A DNA stretch of 64,000 nt from Sphaerodactylus townsendi. Taxonomy: Eukaryota. Shown piece by piece: positions 23,667 to 37,360 of the stretch (the first letter of the stretch is position 1; every line of letters begins with the position of its first letter). The notes under the pieces were generated by a model. That model was not told where the DNA came from. It was given only the letters and a program-made list of their open reading frames with translations, and made no database searches. The position numbers and the translations under genes are program-made. Location: positions 105,896,001-105,960,000 of the forward strand of contig NC_059426.1 in assembly GCF_021028975.2 (NCBI RefSeq), given 5' to 3'.

Positions 23667-26320
23667 TTTATTTATTTATTTATTTATTTATTTATTCATT
23701 CATTCATTCATTCATTAAATTTATAGGCTGCCCTCCCCCAAAGGGCTCAGGACGGTGGACAACAGAGATAAAATAACATAATATATAATTTTAAACAGTT
23801 TTAAAACCCATATAATACATATAAAACCAGCAGGAACCATTTAAAACATAAGCAGATGGCGAGAGAAAATCCCAATCCCTTCCCTCCTACAACTGAGCCC
23901 ACCGGAGGCCAGATGCGATCAAATCATATTCAACCCGGCTGGCCAAATGCCTGGCGGAACAGGTCCGTTTTACAGGCCCTGTGGAAACTCTGTAAGTTCC
24001 ACAGGGCCCTGGTCTCTCTAGGGAGCCTGTTCCACCAAAGAGGTGCCAGGATGTGTTTTGGGCCAGGGACCTCTAATAGATTCTCCTCTGAAGTCCAGAG
24101 GGACCTAGTGGGGCAATATGGGAAGATATGAACATAAGAACATAAGAACATAAGAACAAGCCAGCTGGATCAGACCAAAGTCCATCTAGTCCAGCTCTCT
24201 GCTACTCGCAGTGGCCCACCAGGTGCCTTTGGGAGCTCACATGTAGGATGTGAACGCAATGGCCTTCTGCGGCTGTTGCTCCCGATCACCTGGTCTGTTA
24301 AGGCATTTGCAATCTCAGATCAAAGAGGATCAAGATTGGTAACCATAAATCGACTTCTCCTCCATAAATCTGTCCAAGCCCCTTTTAAAGCTATCCAGGT
24401 TAGTGGCCATCACCACCTCCTGTGGCAGCGTATTCCAAACACCAATCACACGTTGCGTGAAGAAGTGTTTCCTTTTATTAGTCCTAATTCTTCCCCCCAG
24501 CATTTTCAATGAATGCCCCCTGGTTCTAGTATTGTGAGAAAGAGAGAAAAATTTCTCTCTGTCAACATTTTCTACCCCATGCATAATTTTGTAGACTTCA
24601 ATCATATCCCCCCCTCAGCCGCCTCCTCTCCAAACTAAAGAGTCCCAAACGCTGCAGCCTCTCCTCATAGGGAAGGTGCTCCAGTCCCTCAATCATCCTT
24701 GTTGCCCTTCTCTGCACTTTTTCGATCTCCTCAATATCCTTTTTTTAGATGCGGCGACCAGAACTGGACACAGTACTCCAAGTGCGGTCGCACCACTGCT
24801 TTATATAAGGGCATGACAATCTTTGCAGTTTTATTATCAATTCCTTTTCTAATGATCCCCAGCCTAGAGTTTGCCTTTTTCACAGCTGCCATGCATTGAG
24901 TTGACATTCCCATGGAACTATCAACTAAGACGCCTAAATCCCTTTCCTGGTCTGTGAGTAGCGTGTATGTGAAGTTTGGATTTTTTGCCCCTATGTGCAT
25001 CACTTTACATTTTGCTACATTGAACTGCATTTGCCATTTCTGAGCCCACTCACCTAATTTATCAAGGTCCGCTTGGAGCTCTTCGCAATCCTTTGTGGTT
25101 CTCACCACCCTACATAATTTGGTATCATCTGCAAACTTGGCCACCACGCTACCCACCCCTACTTCCAGGTCATTTATGAATAGGTTAAAGAGCACTGGTC
25201 CCAAAACGGATCCTTGGGGGACACCACTCCCTACATCTCTCCATTGTGAGAGCTTCCCATTTACACCCACTCTTTGCTTCCTGTTTTCTCAACCAGTTTT
25301 TAATCCATAGGAGGACTTCCCCTCTTATTCCTTCATTGCTGAGTTTTCTCAACAGTCTCTGGTGAGGAACTTTGTCAAAAGCCTTTTGGAAATCCAAGTA
25401 GACAATGTCCACCGGTTCACCCCTGTCCACATGCCTGTTTACACCCTCAAAGAACTCTAGTAAGTTTGTAAGACAGGATTTGCCTCTGCAAAAGCCATGC
25501 TGACTCTTTCTCAGCAGGTCTTGCTTTTCTACATGTTTTATAATTTTATCTTTAATGATAGATTCTACTAATTTACCAGGAACAGATGTCAAACTGACTG
25601 GCCTGTAATTTCCCGGGTCCCCCCTAGATCCTTTCTTAAAGATTGGTGTGACATTGGCCATCTTCCAGTCTTCAGGGATGGAGCCTGATTTCAGGGATAA
25701 GTTGCATATTAAAGTAAGATATGGTCTCTCAAGTATGCAGGCCCAAGGCCACTTATAGCCTTCAAGGTTAAAATCAGCACTTTGAACATGACCCGGAATT
25801 CGATGGGCAGCCAACGAAGCTGGTACAGAACCTGAGTAATCTGATCCCAACTGGACATCCCCATAAGGAGCCTGGCTGCCACATGTTGAATGAGTTTAGG
25901 CTTCTGGATCACAGTCACAGGCAGGTCAGCATACAGCGAGTCACGCCTGGAGGTGACCGTTGCATGGAGTACTGTGGCTAGGTCTGACTGGGAGAAGTAC
26001 AGGGCCTACTGCCGTGCCTGCTGTAGATGGTGTAACCTGAAGTCTGAGTAACCTGGGCCTCAAGCGATAATACCGAGTCCAGGATTACTCCCAGGCTCTT
26101 GAAGGGTGAGGCCAAGTGCAATGCCTTACCGTCCAGCATAGGCAGACAGAAGTCCACTGGTTGCTCTCCACGGCCCAGCCACAGCACCTCCGTCTTCACA
26201 GAATTTAACTTCAGCCTGCTTGCTCTCAACCAACCAGCAACAGCCTCCAAACAATGCTGGAGAGCTCCAGGGGCCGAAGACGGACTGCCCTCCATTGTGA
26301 ACACGAGCTGGATGTCATCT
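23667..26320 (-). mobile_element. L2 LINE 3' portion (RT C-terminus and tail), interrupted by a CR1
   Basis: Peptides WLRASRLKLNSVKTEVL, LIQHVAARLL...LRWLPIEFRVMFKVLILTLKAISGLGPAYLRDHI|FPYCPTRSL and APLWWNRLP...KTDLFRQAF. (TTTA)n(TTCA)n tail at 23667-23716. Confidence 0.88.
24131..25715 (-). mobile_element. Young 5'-truncated CR1 LINE (RT domain and 3' UTR)
   Basis: RT motifs PGNYRPVSLTSVPGK, YLDFQKAFDKVPH, GVPQGSVLGP and KFADDTKL. (TTCTTATG)n tail. 8-bp TSD aagatatg at 24123-24130 and 25716-25723. Confidence 0.95.
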
Positions 26321-27621
26321 TGTTGTTGGCCAAATTAAGTGAGCCCTTTAGTTTAACTAATCCTGCATTCTGTTTCTTATTTTGCTGTTGATCACTGAAT
26401 TGGCAGAATTAATGTGGTAAATATACTCAGGGCAAAAGCTCAGATATCCAGTCACACACCAGACTCATTTTTACAGAAAATAGAAAATCAGAACCCATCA
26501 CTGTGGATTCAATCCAAAGAAGCTCCAGAATTCTGGTCATGGAAAACATCCTGTCCACCATCTTCAGTACTTGCACCATCTGAAAAGCTTCTCCTGAAAA
26601 TTAGAAGAGCCTCAAGAACCATGTGAGATATATATATCCTTCTCCTCAATGGGGAAGCAAAGTTGCTAACAATACATACAAAAGTACAACAGAAACAAAC
26701 AGGAAAAATGGCGGCAGCACCAGGGGGCAAGGCTTTTGAATACTTCTGGGAATACTTACGGTCCTTAGTCCCTGTGAGAAAGAGGAGAATAAACTCAAAG
26801 AAAGACAACTTGCTAGTAGGATCTTCCCCACTTCCTCCTGTGCTAGTACAGATAATAGAACAAATATCACAGACCTCAGTTGTACACACCTTACACTAGT
26901 GCAAGGGCATCTTAGGATCCCAATGTGATAGTGACCTAGAAGACTGAAGTATCAGGTCATAAGTTGGAGTGAATTTAATGAGTGAATTTCCAATCCTCGT
27001 CATCTCTCTTCAGTGGGTTCAGAAAAAAAAACACAGCTGACTGCAAGATCTGCCTTAAAGATTGAGTTACCCAAATGAATTCACATGAAGGCTGAGGACA
27101 TTTGACTGCTTTCTAGTTTGAACAGCTAAGATACAAAATATATTGTCATATCCAACATATGAAGCAAACTCTCTGAACTCTGTCTCATTTTCCTAGAGGA
27201 AAAAGTCACAATCTGGTTTGTGTGCTTATAGTTTATTTGCCATTTATTAGGTATGTTCTGTTGGCAGATGTTGGAGCTAACTCAAGCAGACCGATAACTT
27301 TGGGTCTGTGAAAGAAGCTAGACTCAAATTTCTCCTAGCAGTCTTTAGCTAAATAAAACTATGGTGGGCAGATTCCTTTCTGTAAAATACAGATCACATT
27401 AAACAGTTTCACAGAAGGGATTTTTAAAAGAACTAAGTTGTTCCCCTAGCCTGGAGGCTTCATTTCTTCTGTTTTTTGTTTTGTTTTGTTTTCTCTTAAA
27501 TATATAAAGGACTCAATAGCTACACAAAAGTCTGATGCTAAATGCACAGGAGAGCTGTTTGGTGTATGGCTCCCCTGAGTATAATGCTGCATGTAGAAAA
27601 ATCTGTCTGAATTCATTCCAT

Positions 27622-28093
27622 TAGTAAGAATCAAGCACGAATTACACTGAATGTGGTTTGCAGCAGAAAGCAAACTCTCTCACTTAAACTCACCTAGTAG
27701 GAACATACAGTGTCCCAATACATGTATAAAAAGAATACAGATACAATATTTCCTACATAGATTCTATAGTCTTAAGTTGTTTCTCAAATCACTTCTTGAA
27801 AATATATCAATATCATGGATGTCATAGTAACACTTCGGTGAACAGAGCATTCTAGCACAACGCTGCTAATTAAATACAATAATATGATGCGAGTTATACT
27901 TTCTATGATATTGAAATATACATTTTCAAGAAGTGGTTCGGGAAACAATATAAGACTGGTGTATCTATTTAGGAAATACTGTATATTCTTTTATACACGT
28001 AATGGGACACTCTGTTCCTACTAGGCGACTGTATGCGATACAACTTTTTCTGCTGCAAGACACATTCGATATAATTAATGCTTGTTCTTACTG
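27622..28093. repeat. Long imperfect inverted repeat (~200-bp arms); probable ancient palindromic MITE
   Basis: Left-arm blocks agtaagaatcaagca, ttgcagcagaaa, cctagtaggaaca, gtgtccca, tatttccta, cacttcttgaaaat and tcaatatcat all recur in reverse complement and in colinear order. Confidence 0.85.
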
Positions 28094-30854
28094 CTGTTTA
28101 GTACACTGACACTCCCCTCGCCCAATTGTTGCTTGACATGGTGAATCCATTCCATGTCAGGAGAAGTAAAATATATTAATGATGGCATTACATTCATGCC
28201 AAAACATTTTTTTGGTGCCATCAAATCACAGCTTTGCACAAAAACTAACAATTAACAAACTCATAATGTGTCAGAAGGACAGATATGAAAATATTCCAAT
28301 GCCTTCTGTTTTAGGTTGTGACAGATCTTTTTGATGATCTAATTGGGACACTCAGAGACGTCACTAAAGTTTTGTCTACACTCTAATACCACATGATGAT
28401 GAGACTGAATGTACAAGATCCCACGGTTCAGTTTGGCAGGGTTCCTGGCCCCTGTACTGCCTGCAAAAATGCACAATAGCATGCTGGGTGTCTAGATTGC
28501 CAACTCTGGGTTGGGAAAGTGGGGATGGAGTCTGGAAAGGGTAGGAAACAACTTTATGTCCACTGTCCAAAGCACCCACTTTTCTCCAAGGGAACCAATC
28601 TCTGAAGTTTGCAGGACAGTTGTAATTTTGAGAGATCTCCAGTCCCCACAATGCAAGTACCCAAAGAAATGTCTTGCTGATGATATGTAGGAACACAGCT
28701 TGATTCACATCCATGAAATCAATGCATAGAGGCCTATGTGCCAGTTTTTGTTCACATAAAAGATGTATATAGAAAGCCTATAACATTATTACATTCCTGA
28801 ATGCAGACATGCTCATTTTATCCTTTTGCTTATTGAAAAAGAAAGCAAATGTATGATTCCCAGCAGAACTGACAGGATAGGGTGAATTTCTGCACAATGA
28901 GCCACACATGGAAATGAATATACAGGGTGAATATTGGACGTGAATTTATATCATGCCAATGTGCCACATACATCCATATAACTATGATCTGGATTTTAAA
29001 AACCTTGTATCTCAAATAGATGAAAGAATTGTAGAAATCTGAAACAGAGAAGATGTTTGAGCCACAGGTATCAGTCTCTGTCATGGGGGACGGGGGCATG
29101 CAGGATTGCCATTCCCCTAAATGTACCAAACTGCTAGATTTGTTAGTTGTAATGGCAGATTTTGCTGCACAACTACACAAGCATATTGTGAAATTACTGC
29201 TGGGGCAGAACTGTACAGCTGTACCTTGCTGCTCTCATTTTGTAAGCCACCTTGGGCAGCTTTCCCAGGAGAGGCAGCATTAAAATAACCCAAACAAACA
29301 AAACAATCTATTTCATTTCCTTAGCAGAACAATACTACATGATGTTTAGAAGTTCTGGAGAAGCAGGGTCCTTTAGAACTGTGGTCCTTCCCTGCAAGGA
29401 AAAGTTTCTCTATGGAAGGGTACCATGCAGAGAGTTCATGCCAGTACTAGAATCAGCACATAAGACAGCCTTCAGCAAAGAAACTGGGAGATGAAGATAA
29501 CTTGTGCCAATGCCAGGAATTTAGTGCTGGATCATTTGACTTGCAACTTTTGTGCAGTGGGTTGAATAATTCAAACCTTTCAATAAAGGAAAAAAAGATG
29601 ATGGTTTGTTCTGGTTCCATTCCATAAGCAATTAGAACCACTGCTTTTGTAAATTTTTAAGAAGAGCCAGCCAAATAAAATCACAATTGATTATCCTGAT
29701 GGAAGAGGTCAGGCCACAGTGTTACATGGAAACAGACTGAAATGTCATCCTCTGGCAACACAGTCAGACTTGTGTTTGCATTTATAACTACATGACTGAA
29801 ATCTCGAAGTGGCCAATGTTTTGAAAACACCCGTCCCTTCCTGTCAAAAACAAGTGAGTGAATATATCAATAAAAATGTATCAATAAAAATGGCCTGGCA
29901 GATAATACATGAAATGGGGTGATCAACGTGCTGAGCTCCTAACTCCTCTATGTGCAAACCACATTTTCCTAACAGACTATTAGTTTAGAAAATCAGTGGC
30001 AACAGCTGCAATACTGTTCGGTTTCTTGGAGGTTATAATTATTTATGTTTTGATACAATAGAAGATAGGGATACATTATTTCTAAAATGGAAATTATTAA
30101 GCACAATTTTAGCCAGGGAACAAATATGAGGTCAGTATGCAAACATGATCTGGCACTTTCGATCCTGTCTTGGATTTATGTGCCAAAATAGATAGAATCT
30201 TTTTAGGTTAGCAGATGGTTTAAATTTTAGTGTGCTAAATTTTAGTGTGCTAAAATTTTTCATGAGTATGATCTAAGACTTGAATGTGGATTGGGATATA
30301 TGTGCCCCAATCCTTTGTTACCATGTTGAATGGGCTTTAGGTCCAACTACAATAATAAGTACAGTTTTAGTTTCAACCTTGCTTCGTCACATCTGGGTTC
30401 TTGTAAGCAGGTCACACATTTCTCAGTTTCAGCTTCTCATCTATAGAAGAACAAAGCGACTTCTGAGTTGACTCTGAAGGCTGATGTAAAGTGCAACAGA
30501 TTTAAATTTGCATTCTTCAATGGGCAGGTTTGTTTTATAGCAGCCTGAGGGAATTCAATCGATGCAGGTTTTGCCATAACTACATCTCCATACTGGAAAA
30601 GGCTTCATTCCCTGAATTACCACTTATAAAAAATATTGAATGGTCAGGAGATCTGTTGGAAAATAAAGTGATGGAAAATCAAAACTGAATGAGAAAGACT
30701 ATGAGGTGTTTTGCATAGTAGAATGCAAATTTGAGAACACATATATGTACCGTTTAGGAACAAATCTGATTAAAATGTAGAGTATCAGTTGGTAAAATCA
30801 GTAAATAAATCATTAAAATCATCATTAACCACTACACATGGTCAGATCATGATA

Positions 30855-31350
30855 GATGTTTAGTTTAGAAAAGAGATGATTAAGGGGGACATCATAGAGG
30901 TTTATAAAATTATTCAAGGGGTACAGGCAGTGTGGACAGACATTATTTTTTCTCCTGTTTCCAAAATACTATAACTTGAGGGTATCTAATGAATTTGATG
31001 GGTAGTAAATTCAGGATGAACAAAAAGAAATACTTCTTTACATAGTGAGTGATTCAAATGTGGAATTTGCTGGCAGAGGATATAGTGAAGGCCACAGGCA
31101 TAGAAGGGGATTAGATAGATTCATCGAGGATAGGTCTGTCAGTCACTATCAGTCGTGTGGACTACAGGGAACTTCTACATTCAGAGGCAGTAAACCTCTG
31201 AACATCAACACCAGAAGACAACATGAGAGGCAAACCTCAACCTCTGTATCCTGTTGTTGGATAGTTAAAGGAGCTGGCTGGCTATTGTGTGAGAGACGAT
31301 ACTTAACAAGATAGATCACTGGTCTGATCAAAAAGGGCTATTCTTATTGA
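30855..31350 (+). mobile_element. Old CR1 3' end
   Basis: Degenerate homolog of 39030-39545 (gtttagtttagaaaaga, aaatacttctttaca, ggtctgatc...ttcttat). Confidence 0.8.
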
Positions 31351-34033
31351 AATCAATCATATTTGCTCTCCCAATCAGTGTTTTTAGGATTGACATAGTA
31401 AATTTTATCCTTGTAGGAGCTTCCTGCTTCAGTGTGCATCCACTAGGATGGTATATGCAGATCCACCCTAGCCATGTTCACTCAGAAGCAAGTGCTACTG
31501 ATTGCAATGAGATTCATTCAAAGTTAACACATAGAACTGGAACTTTAATAAATGAAAACAGTATCCAGCAGTATTATCAGAGCGGGAAATCTGGCCACCC
31601 CAGGTAAAAACAAAATGGCCACCACAGGTAAAAACAATTGTATCTCTGCAATCTCTTGGGCTATCACAACTGTTTCAACTGCATTCTGCTGGGGTCACCA
31701 AGGGATTCTTCTCCACCCATCAGTGTTTCAAAATTAAAACCTTCCAATTTTGTTATTTTTTTCCTGGTTCCTTAAGACGACTACCACCTCCTTTCAATAC
31801 AAAGAAGGTCCAGGAAGTGGCTGCGGATTAATTCAACACTGAGGTTCTATCTTTATGTGAGACAAGGTTAGTAAATTCTTCTATAAGTTTATTTCTGTAT
31901 TCTATGTTTAGCATAACCAAAATAGCAATACTATCATTTTCTATATACAAAGGTTCAGTTCCTCCTACCTAACACCATAACCTACCAGTTTAACTATTAT
32001 AGTTAGGGTTGCCAACCTCCAGGTGGAACCTGGAGAGTTCCCCAAATTACAACTGACCTCTAGAAGGCATAGAGCTGTCCCCCAGAGGGGCTGGGAGAAA
32101 AATGGGGGAGGAAAGTAAGGGGCATATAAATTATACTCTTAGAAGACACTGGGAGAGCCCAGTTGAATTGTCTGAGCATGTTAAATAAAGAGAAAGTATG
32201 GAAGGGTGTAATAAAATAACTGGCAAGAAGAAACTATGATGAAGGGTGTAATTCTATTAATGCAGCAAGTGCAGTAGTTTTTTCAACTGCTTTGATCTCT
32301 GGAAGGAATTTGAACAAAAAACACTTCCAAAAGAAGAAGGCATTCTCCAGCAACAGTTTGCACTTCCCTCTTGGCGCTGCAGGACTCAGGTGTGGGAGCA
32401 CTGAATAGGCACAATTTTATGGAGACACTGTCCAGATCAAGATACTGCTTACTGCGTCAGCACTGCCAACGATGCAGCTTCAAGATCAAACTTAGCTTCT
32501 TCTCAAAAAGTCCTATACGTGTCTATTCAGAAGTGAATCCCATTACAGTCACAGGGGCTTATTCTACAGTCACAGGGGCTTATACTACTGCAGTGTTAAA
32601 TTGCCGGGCAATATCATGTTGGAGTTTGCTTCCTTCCCAGCTAGCCAAAATTATAGCCACCCGGTAGGGTACAAAACATCTCAACATAATGTGGTCCTGC
32701 ATAAATGGAACTGCAAAGTATTTTTTAAAAATCATATAAAATTCCGCACAAAATATTTGACATGGAAAATATTCTTGCTTTAAAAATGGGAGCTTGAACC
32801 ATAAAGAGACTTAAACCAAGTCAGCTTCACTCTGCATTGCTAGCTTAAAAGAAATGGATAGGCTGTTCCCTCATGTTCTTTTAACTGAAAACCTGACACT
32901 TGTGTATGTTTTGGACCCTCTCCCATCCTACCCTGATTTCCTGTCCAAGTCTGCTGTCAATGGCAACAGAAGAAAATTGTACAGGCTTTGTGGATAGTTC
33001 CACTCCAATTGAGCCTTGCCAGTCTAGCATCTTCTTCCATAACAAACCTATTACCGACGTCTTGGCTGTGTCTCAAGAGTTAGCTTTCTGCTAGTAAAAT
33101 CAATCTGTGTCAGTTTCTAAGGTGCTGCTTGTCTGAAGGCAGCACTGACCTTCTGCCGATGCTGTGGGGGGGGGGGGGGAATCCTAAATACAAAAAGCTC
33201 CAAAGCAGCTTCAAAATAAACATGAAAACTGAATTTACCACTTGCGGTAGTTCTGACATGTCACCTGCAGCAACATGCTTTCAGAAAGAAGTCTCTTACT
33301 GATATTTGGCCCATGGATCATTCTATGTAACAACAGCCTTTGTCAAGTATATTGGGAATACAAAAAAAATCCAGTAAGCTTCAAAGGGTAGATTTCAGAA
33401 TACAGCCCACTAGGGCTGTATGTTGCAACTAAACTGCGTGATTTATTTTTTAAAAACAAGCTTCTTTATTTTAATTTTTTCATGAAATGGTGCACTGAAA
33501 TAACATCAGTGTAATCATGAGACAAAATTATAATCACAAGTCAAAAATTAATAATAGTGGGCCTAAAGGCTTGCTAACCTCTATGTGAGCCAGTTCACCT
33601 AGAGAAAATGGCTGCTTTCAAGAGTAGACTCTATGGATTACACTCCTCTGACATTTATTTGAACCCCAGATCTGCAATCCCCAGCCCTATCCACCAATTT
33701 TCCAGCTCAAATTTGGCAACCCTATCCACCTACAATATGCTTTGATATGCACAGGATCAATGGCAAAGCTTGCTTAGTTTTAATTGTAACACGTATTTCT
33801 TCTCTGCAACCCAGACATCAGTGCAGTTCTTTCCAATCTTGTACATCTCCAAAGGCCTATAATGGCCAGTCACTTATTGTTAAGCATTGTGCTCTGGAGT
33901 CTGGATGGGCAATCAGTAGCCAGGGGTAGCTGCCAAAACCATTTCCACTGTCCCTTAGTATCTTTATCATATTATATGTTGGCAATTGTTCAAATCTTAT
34001 TGTATGGGAGGAGGCGTGTATTTACTTATTAAT

Positions 34034-34320
34034 GGCCCTTTCTGCACAGCAGAAATAAAACATCCTGCAAATGTTTTAAAAAGACTTGTTCTCACTTTTT
34101 GTGTTTGTTCAGCATGGAGAATACAAGTGCTATCAGCCAAAATGGTTCTTTTTTCCCATCTGCTACCCGACAGAGCTCTTGTTGGTTTCATAGATTGGCC
34201 CTCCATGTTACCGTATGTTCTGCTGCAGAGATTCTCCTACCGCCACCATTTCGTGAAGGTTTTCACAAAGGTTTCCTCTACTTGCAGTGTATTCCTGTGC
34301 AATTTCAGTGTAAAAAGGAC
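34034..34320. mobile_element. Degraded Harbinger-like MITE
   Basis: Weakly inverted ends ggccctttctgcacagcagaaat / atttcagtgtaaaaaggac. Similar ends occur near 13690 and 52032. Confidence 0.35.
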
Positions 34321-35031
34321 ATGAATAAAGATTGTTTTGCCTGGTGATCCAACACACACATGTCATTTTTCCTTTTTTTATTTTTAGGCGGATGTCTGCG
34401 AAGCTATGACGACACAAATACGTGCATATTCCAGATTCTTGTGTGTGTCATTGTAGCTATGCAGAAATCCCCCTGAAAAAAAGAAGGAAAAATTACACAT
34501 TCACGGGATTGCCAGGCAAAACCAACTTTATGTACTTACAGTGAAACTGTTTGTGGATGAGCTACAAGCAGAAGAAATCTCTGTGGGAAATCTTCCCAAA
34601 TGGCAGAGACAGGAGAATCCCTGCAGCAACACACAAAATGGCCAGCACAAGCAACGAAAATGAAAGTCAAAGAGCTGGGGAGAAGGAGAAATAAAACATC
34701 TCCTGCCTGCTTTTGTTCACAAAGCAAGCAGGAGACGTCTTCAACCTTCAAGAAGAAAAGATCACTAGTTTAGCGATATTCAAAAAACCGAAGTTGAGAA
34801 AAATAAAATTACATGAAAACATTTTGGGGGAGATTATGTGTGAATTTCTTCCTCAAAATGCTTTTTATAATGTCCTCAAGATGTTATAAGTGGAAAAGGA
34901 CAATGGTTTTCCTAATCCAGTCTGCTTTTCCTATTCTTACAATTTTGGAGTGCCGTACAAATTGGAACTTTACAAACATACAAGTAGATGAAAACTCACA
35001 AAAATGTACACATTATTCCCATTTTCTAGAG

Positions 35032-35465
35032 CAGGGGTAGGGAACCTTTAACACTCAAAGAGCCATTTGGACCCGTTTTCCATGGGAAAAGAAAACACTT
35101 GGAGCCGGAAATCATTTTTGACATTTAAAATAAAGATAACACTGTATATATTGGGTTTTTTTTACCTTTTACTCCGCTCATTCTGAGAAGCGCGTGGATG
35201 TGTCCGCCCTGCTGCCTGCAGGGCGGGCAAGGATGAGGCCAGCGGCTCGGCCTCGCCGGCCGCCGGGAAAACACCCGCCCCGCTCCAACGGGGCAGGCGA
35301 GAGGGGAAGCCTGCGGCGTGGCCCAGCCGGCCACAGGCAGTTGGTGCACCTGCCCTGCTGCCTGCAGGGCGGGCAAGGATGGGGCCAGCGGCTTGGCTCG
35401 TGGAGCCGCAGTGCAAGGGCAGAGGAGCCGCATGCGGCTCTCGAGCCGCAGGTTCCCTACCCCTG
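35032..35465. mobile_element. Intact non-autonomous hAT-Charlie element (434 bp)
   Basis: Perfect 16-bp TIR caggggtagggaacct, perfect TSD ttctagag (35024-35031, 35466-35473), subterminal palindrome gagccgcatgcggctc, CpG-rich interior. Confidence 0.93.
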
Positions 35466-35669
35466 TTCTAGAGAGAGAGAAGACAAAGAAATATTAATTT
35501 GATGTAGTTCTTCCTCCATTGTAAATATCACTTTTCAGTACCACAGAGCTATATTTTTGCAGCCACTGCTGATACGTGGAACATTTTTATCCAATAAAAG
35601 CAAAGGACTACTGTTTCTTCAAAGGATTAGTGCTGCCTCTGGACCTCTGTGCCAATAATAATCTTGCAG

Positions 35670-35860
35670 GCTGTGGTTGCAGTAGAAGAACTTCTGCTTT
35701 GCATGCAGAAAGTCCAAGGTTCAATCCCAGTTAAAAGGACCAGCAGTAGATGTTGGGAAAGACCTCTACCTGAGTCCCTGGAAAGCGACTGCCTGTCTGA
35801 GAAGACAATGCTGCTCTTCGTGGACCAGTGGCTGATTCAGTATAAGGTGCTTTCATATGT
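35670..35860 (+). mobile_element. Squam2-type tRNA-derived SINE
   Basis: Head ggctgtggttgcagtaga...ttgcatgcagaaagtccaaggttcaatccc (B-box) with a CR1-like tail tggaccagtggctgattcagtataagg. Confidence 0.7.
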
Positions 35861-36035
35861 GGATGAGATTCAGCTGGCACAAAGGTGGTGGGGAAATTTT
35901 TCTTCTAAAACCACTGAGCAGCCTTTTAACAATGTTCTAGGCTTGCTACAGTTTTTTTCCAGTAAAGCCCTTTTACTGTCCCATAACAGGATACTTCTAA
36001 TAAAATTTCACCTACAAAAAATGTTAGGTTACAGC

Positions 36036-36347
36036 CAGTGGCGGGATTCAGCCAGTTCGCACCAGTTCAGTAGAACCGGTACCTAATTTTTTGTTGAGTT
36101 CGAAGAACCGGTAGTTAAAAAGCAGCTTTCAGAGCCCCAGAGCAGCCAGGCACCTTGCCACCCAACTGCTCTGAAGTACTAAAAGCTTGGAACAGCCTCT
36201 TCCAGGGGAGCGAGGGGGTTTTCAGAGCAGCGGTGGCAAGGCCCTGTTGCCCCTGCTCCATCCCCACAAGAAGTTCCTCCGCAGCAGGTAAGTGGGTGGC
36301 AGGGGGTGGGGAGAACCGGTGGTTAAATTATTAGAATCCCACTACTG
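36036..36347. mobile_element. Non-autonomous hAT element (312 bp), CAGTGGTGGGATTC family
   Basis: TIR cagtggcgggattc / gaatcccactactg, perfect TSD gttacagc (36028-36035, 36348-36355), and repeated gaaccggt subterminal motifs. Confidence 0.9.
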
Positions 36348-37360
36348 GTTACAGCCAACCAAAATTGAGCACTTTTACATTCATGTTGATTTCAGTTAGA
36401 GGTTTAACCACATTCTTACTAAAATAAAGATAATTCAAATATGCTTAATGTACACACATTTTGTTGAAGGCTTTCACAACCAGAATCTAGTGGCTGTTGT
36501 TTCTGGGTCGTGTGGCTGTGGTCTGGTAGCAGACAGAAGTCTGGGATTCAGGCATCACCTGCTTGTGTAACAGCTCTTCCCTAAGCCCCAGACAAAGGAC
36601 TTAAGGGAGCCATGTAGGCTGCTGTATCAGCTCTGCCTAAGTATCTAATCTCAGCAGACATTCTTTTTGCACCTATAAAACCATATAAAGCTCTAGTTTC
36701 AAAGTTTGTTTATCAATTCAAGCAACACTGCTCCTAGATTCTTTCTCTATCTTGTTGGCTATTTAAGTCTTAGACATTACCCTTATTTGATTACAGCTTT
36801 TCATAAATTCATAAAGTTGAAAAGGGTTATACAGGTCATTTAGTCCAAACCTCAGATCAATGGAGGATCAACCAAAAGCAATGTGAATTGGATGTTATGC
36901 CTTGGTTAATACAGTCCAACAGTGCATTTGCCTTTTTTGCCACTGGATCACACTGGTTGCTTATATTTAGCTTATGATCCACCTATATCCCATGATCCTG
37001 TACACACACATTGTTACCCAAAAGTGTATTCCTCCATCCAATATGCATGTTTCTCATTTTTGTTACTCAGGTGCAGAACTCTGCATTTCTTCTTGAATCA
37101 CATCTTGTTCACATCTACCCATTTTTTCAGTGTATTCAGATCTCATTGAATTATTTCTTTGTCTTCTGAGGTGATCACTGCTTCTCCCAATCTGGTACCA
37201 TCTGCAAATTTAATGAGTAGTTCAATCATGCCTTCATCCAGATCATTTCTAAAAATATTGAAAAGTACTGAGTCCTATGGCACCGCACAGGATACCTCCC
37301 TCCCATCAGATGAAATTTAATTTAATTTATGTTATTTTATTTTAACTTATGTTATTTTAT

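Noticed and set aside
26414-26899. Cluster of short ORFs with aaaatggcggc
   Set aside because: Possibly a LINE 5'/ORF1 remnant, but I could not assign any motif.
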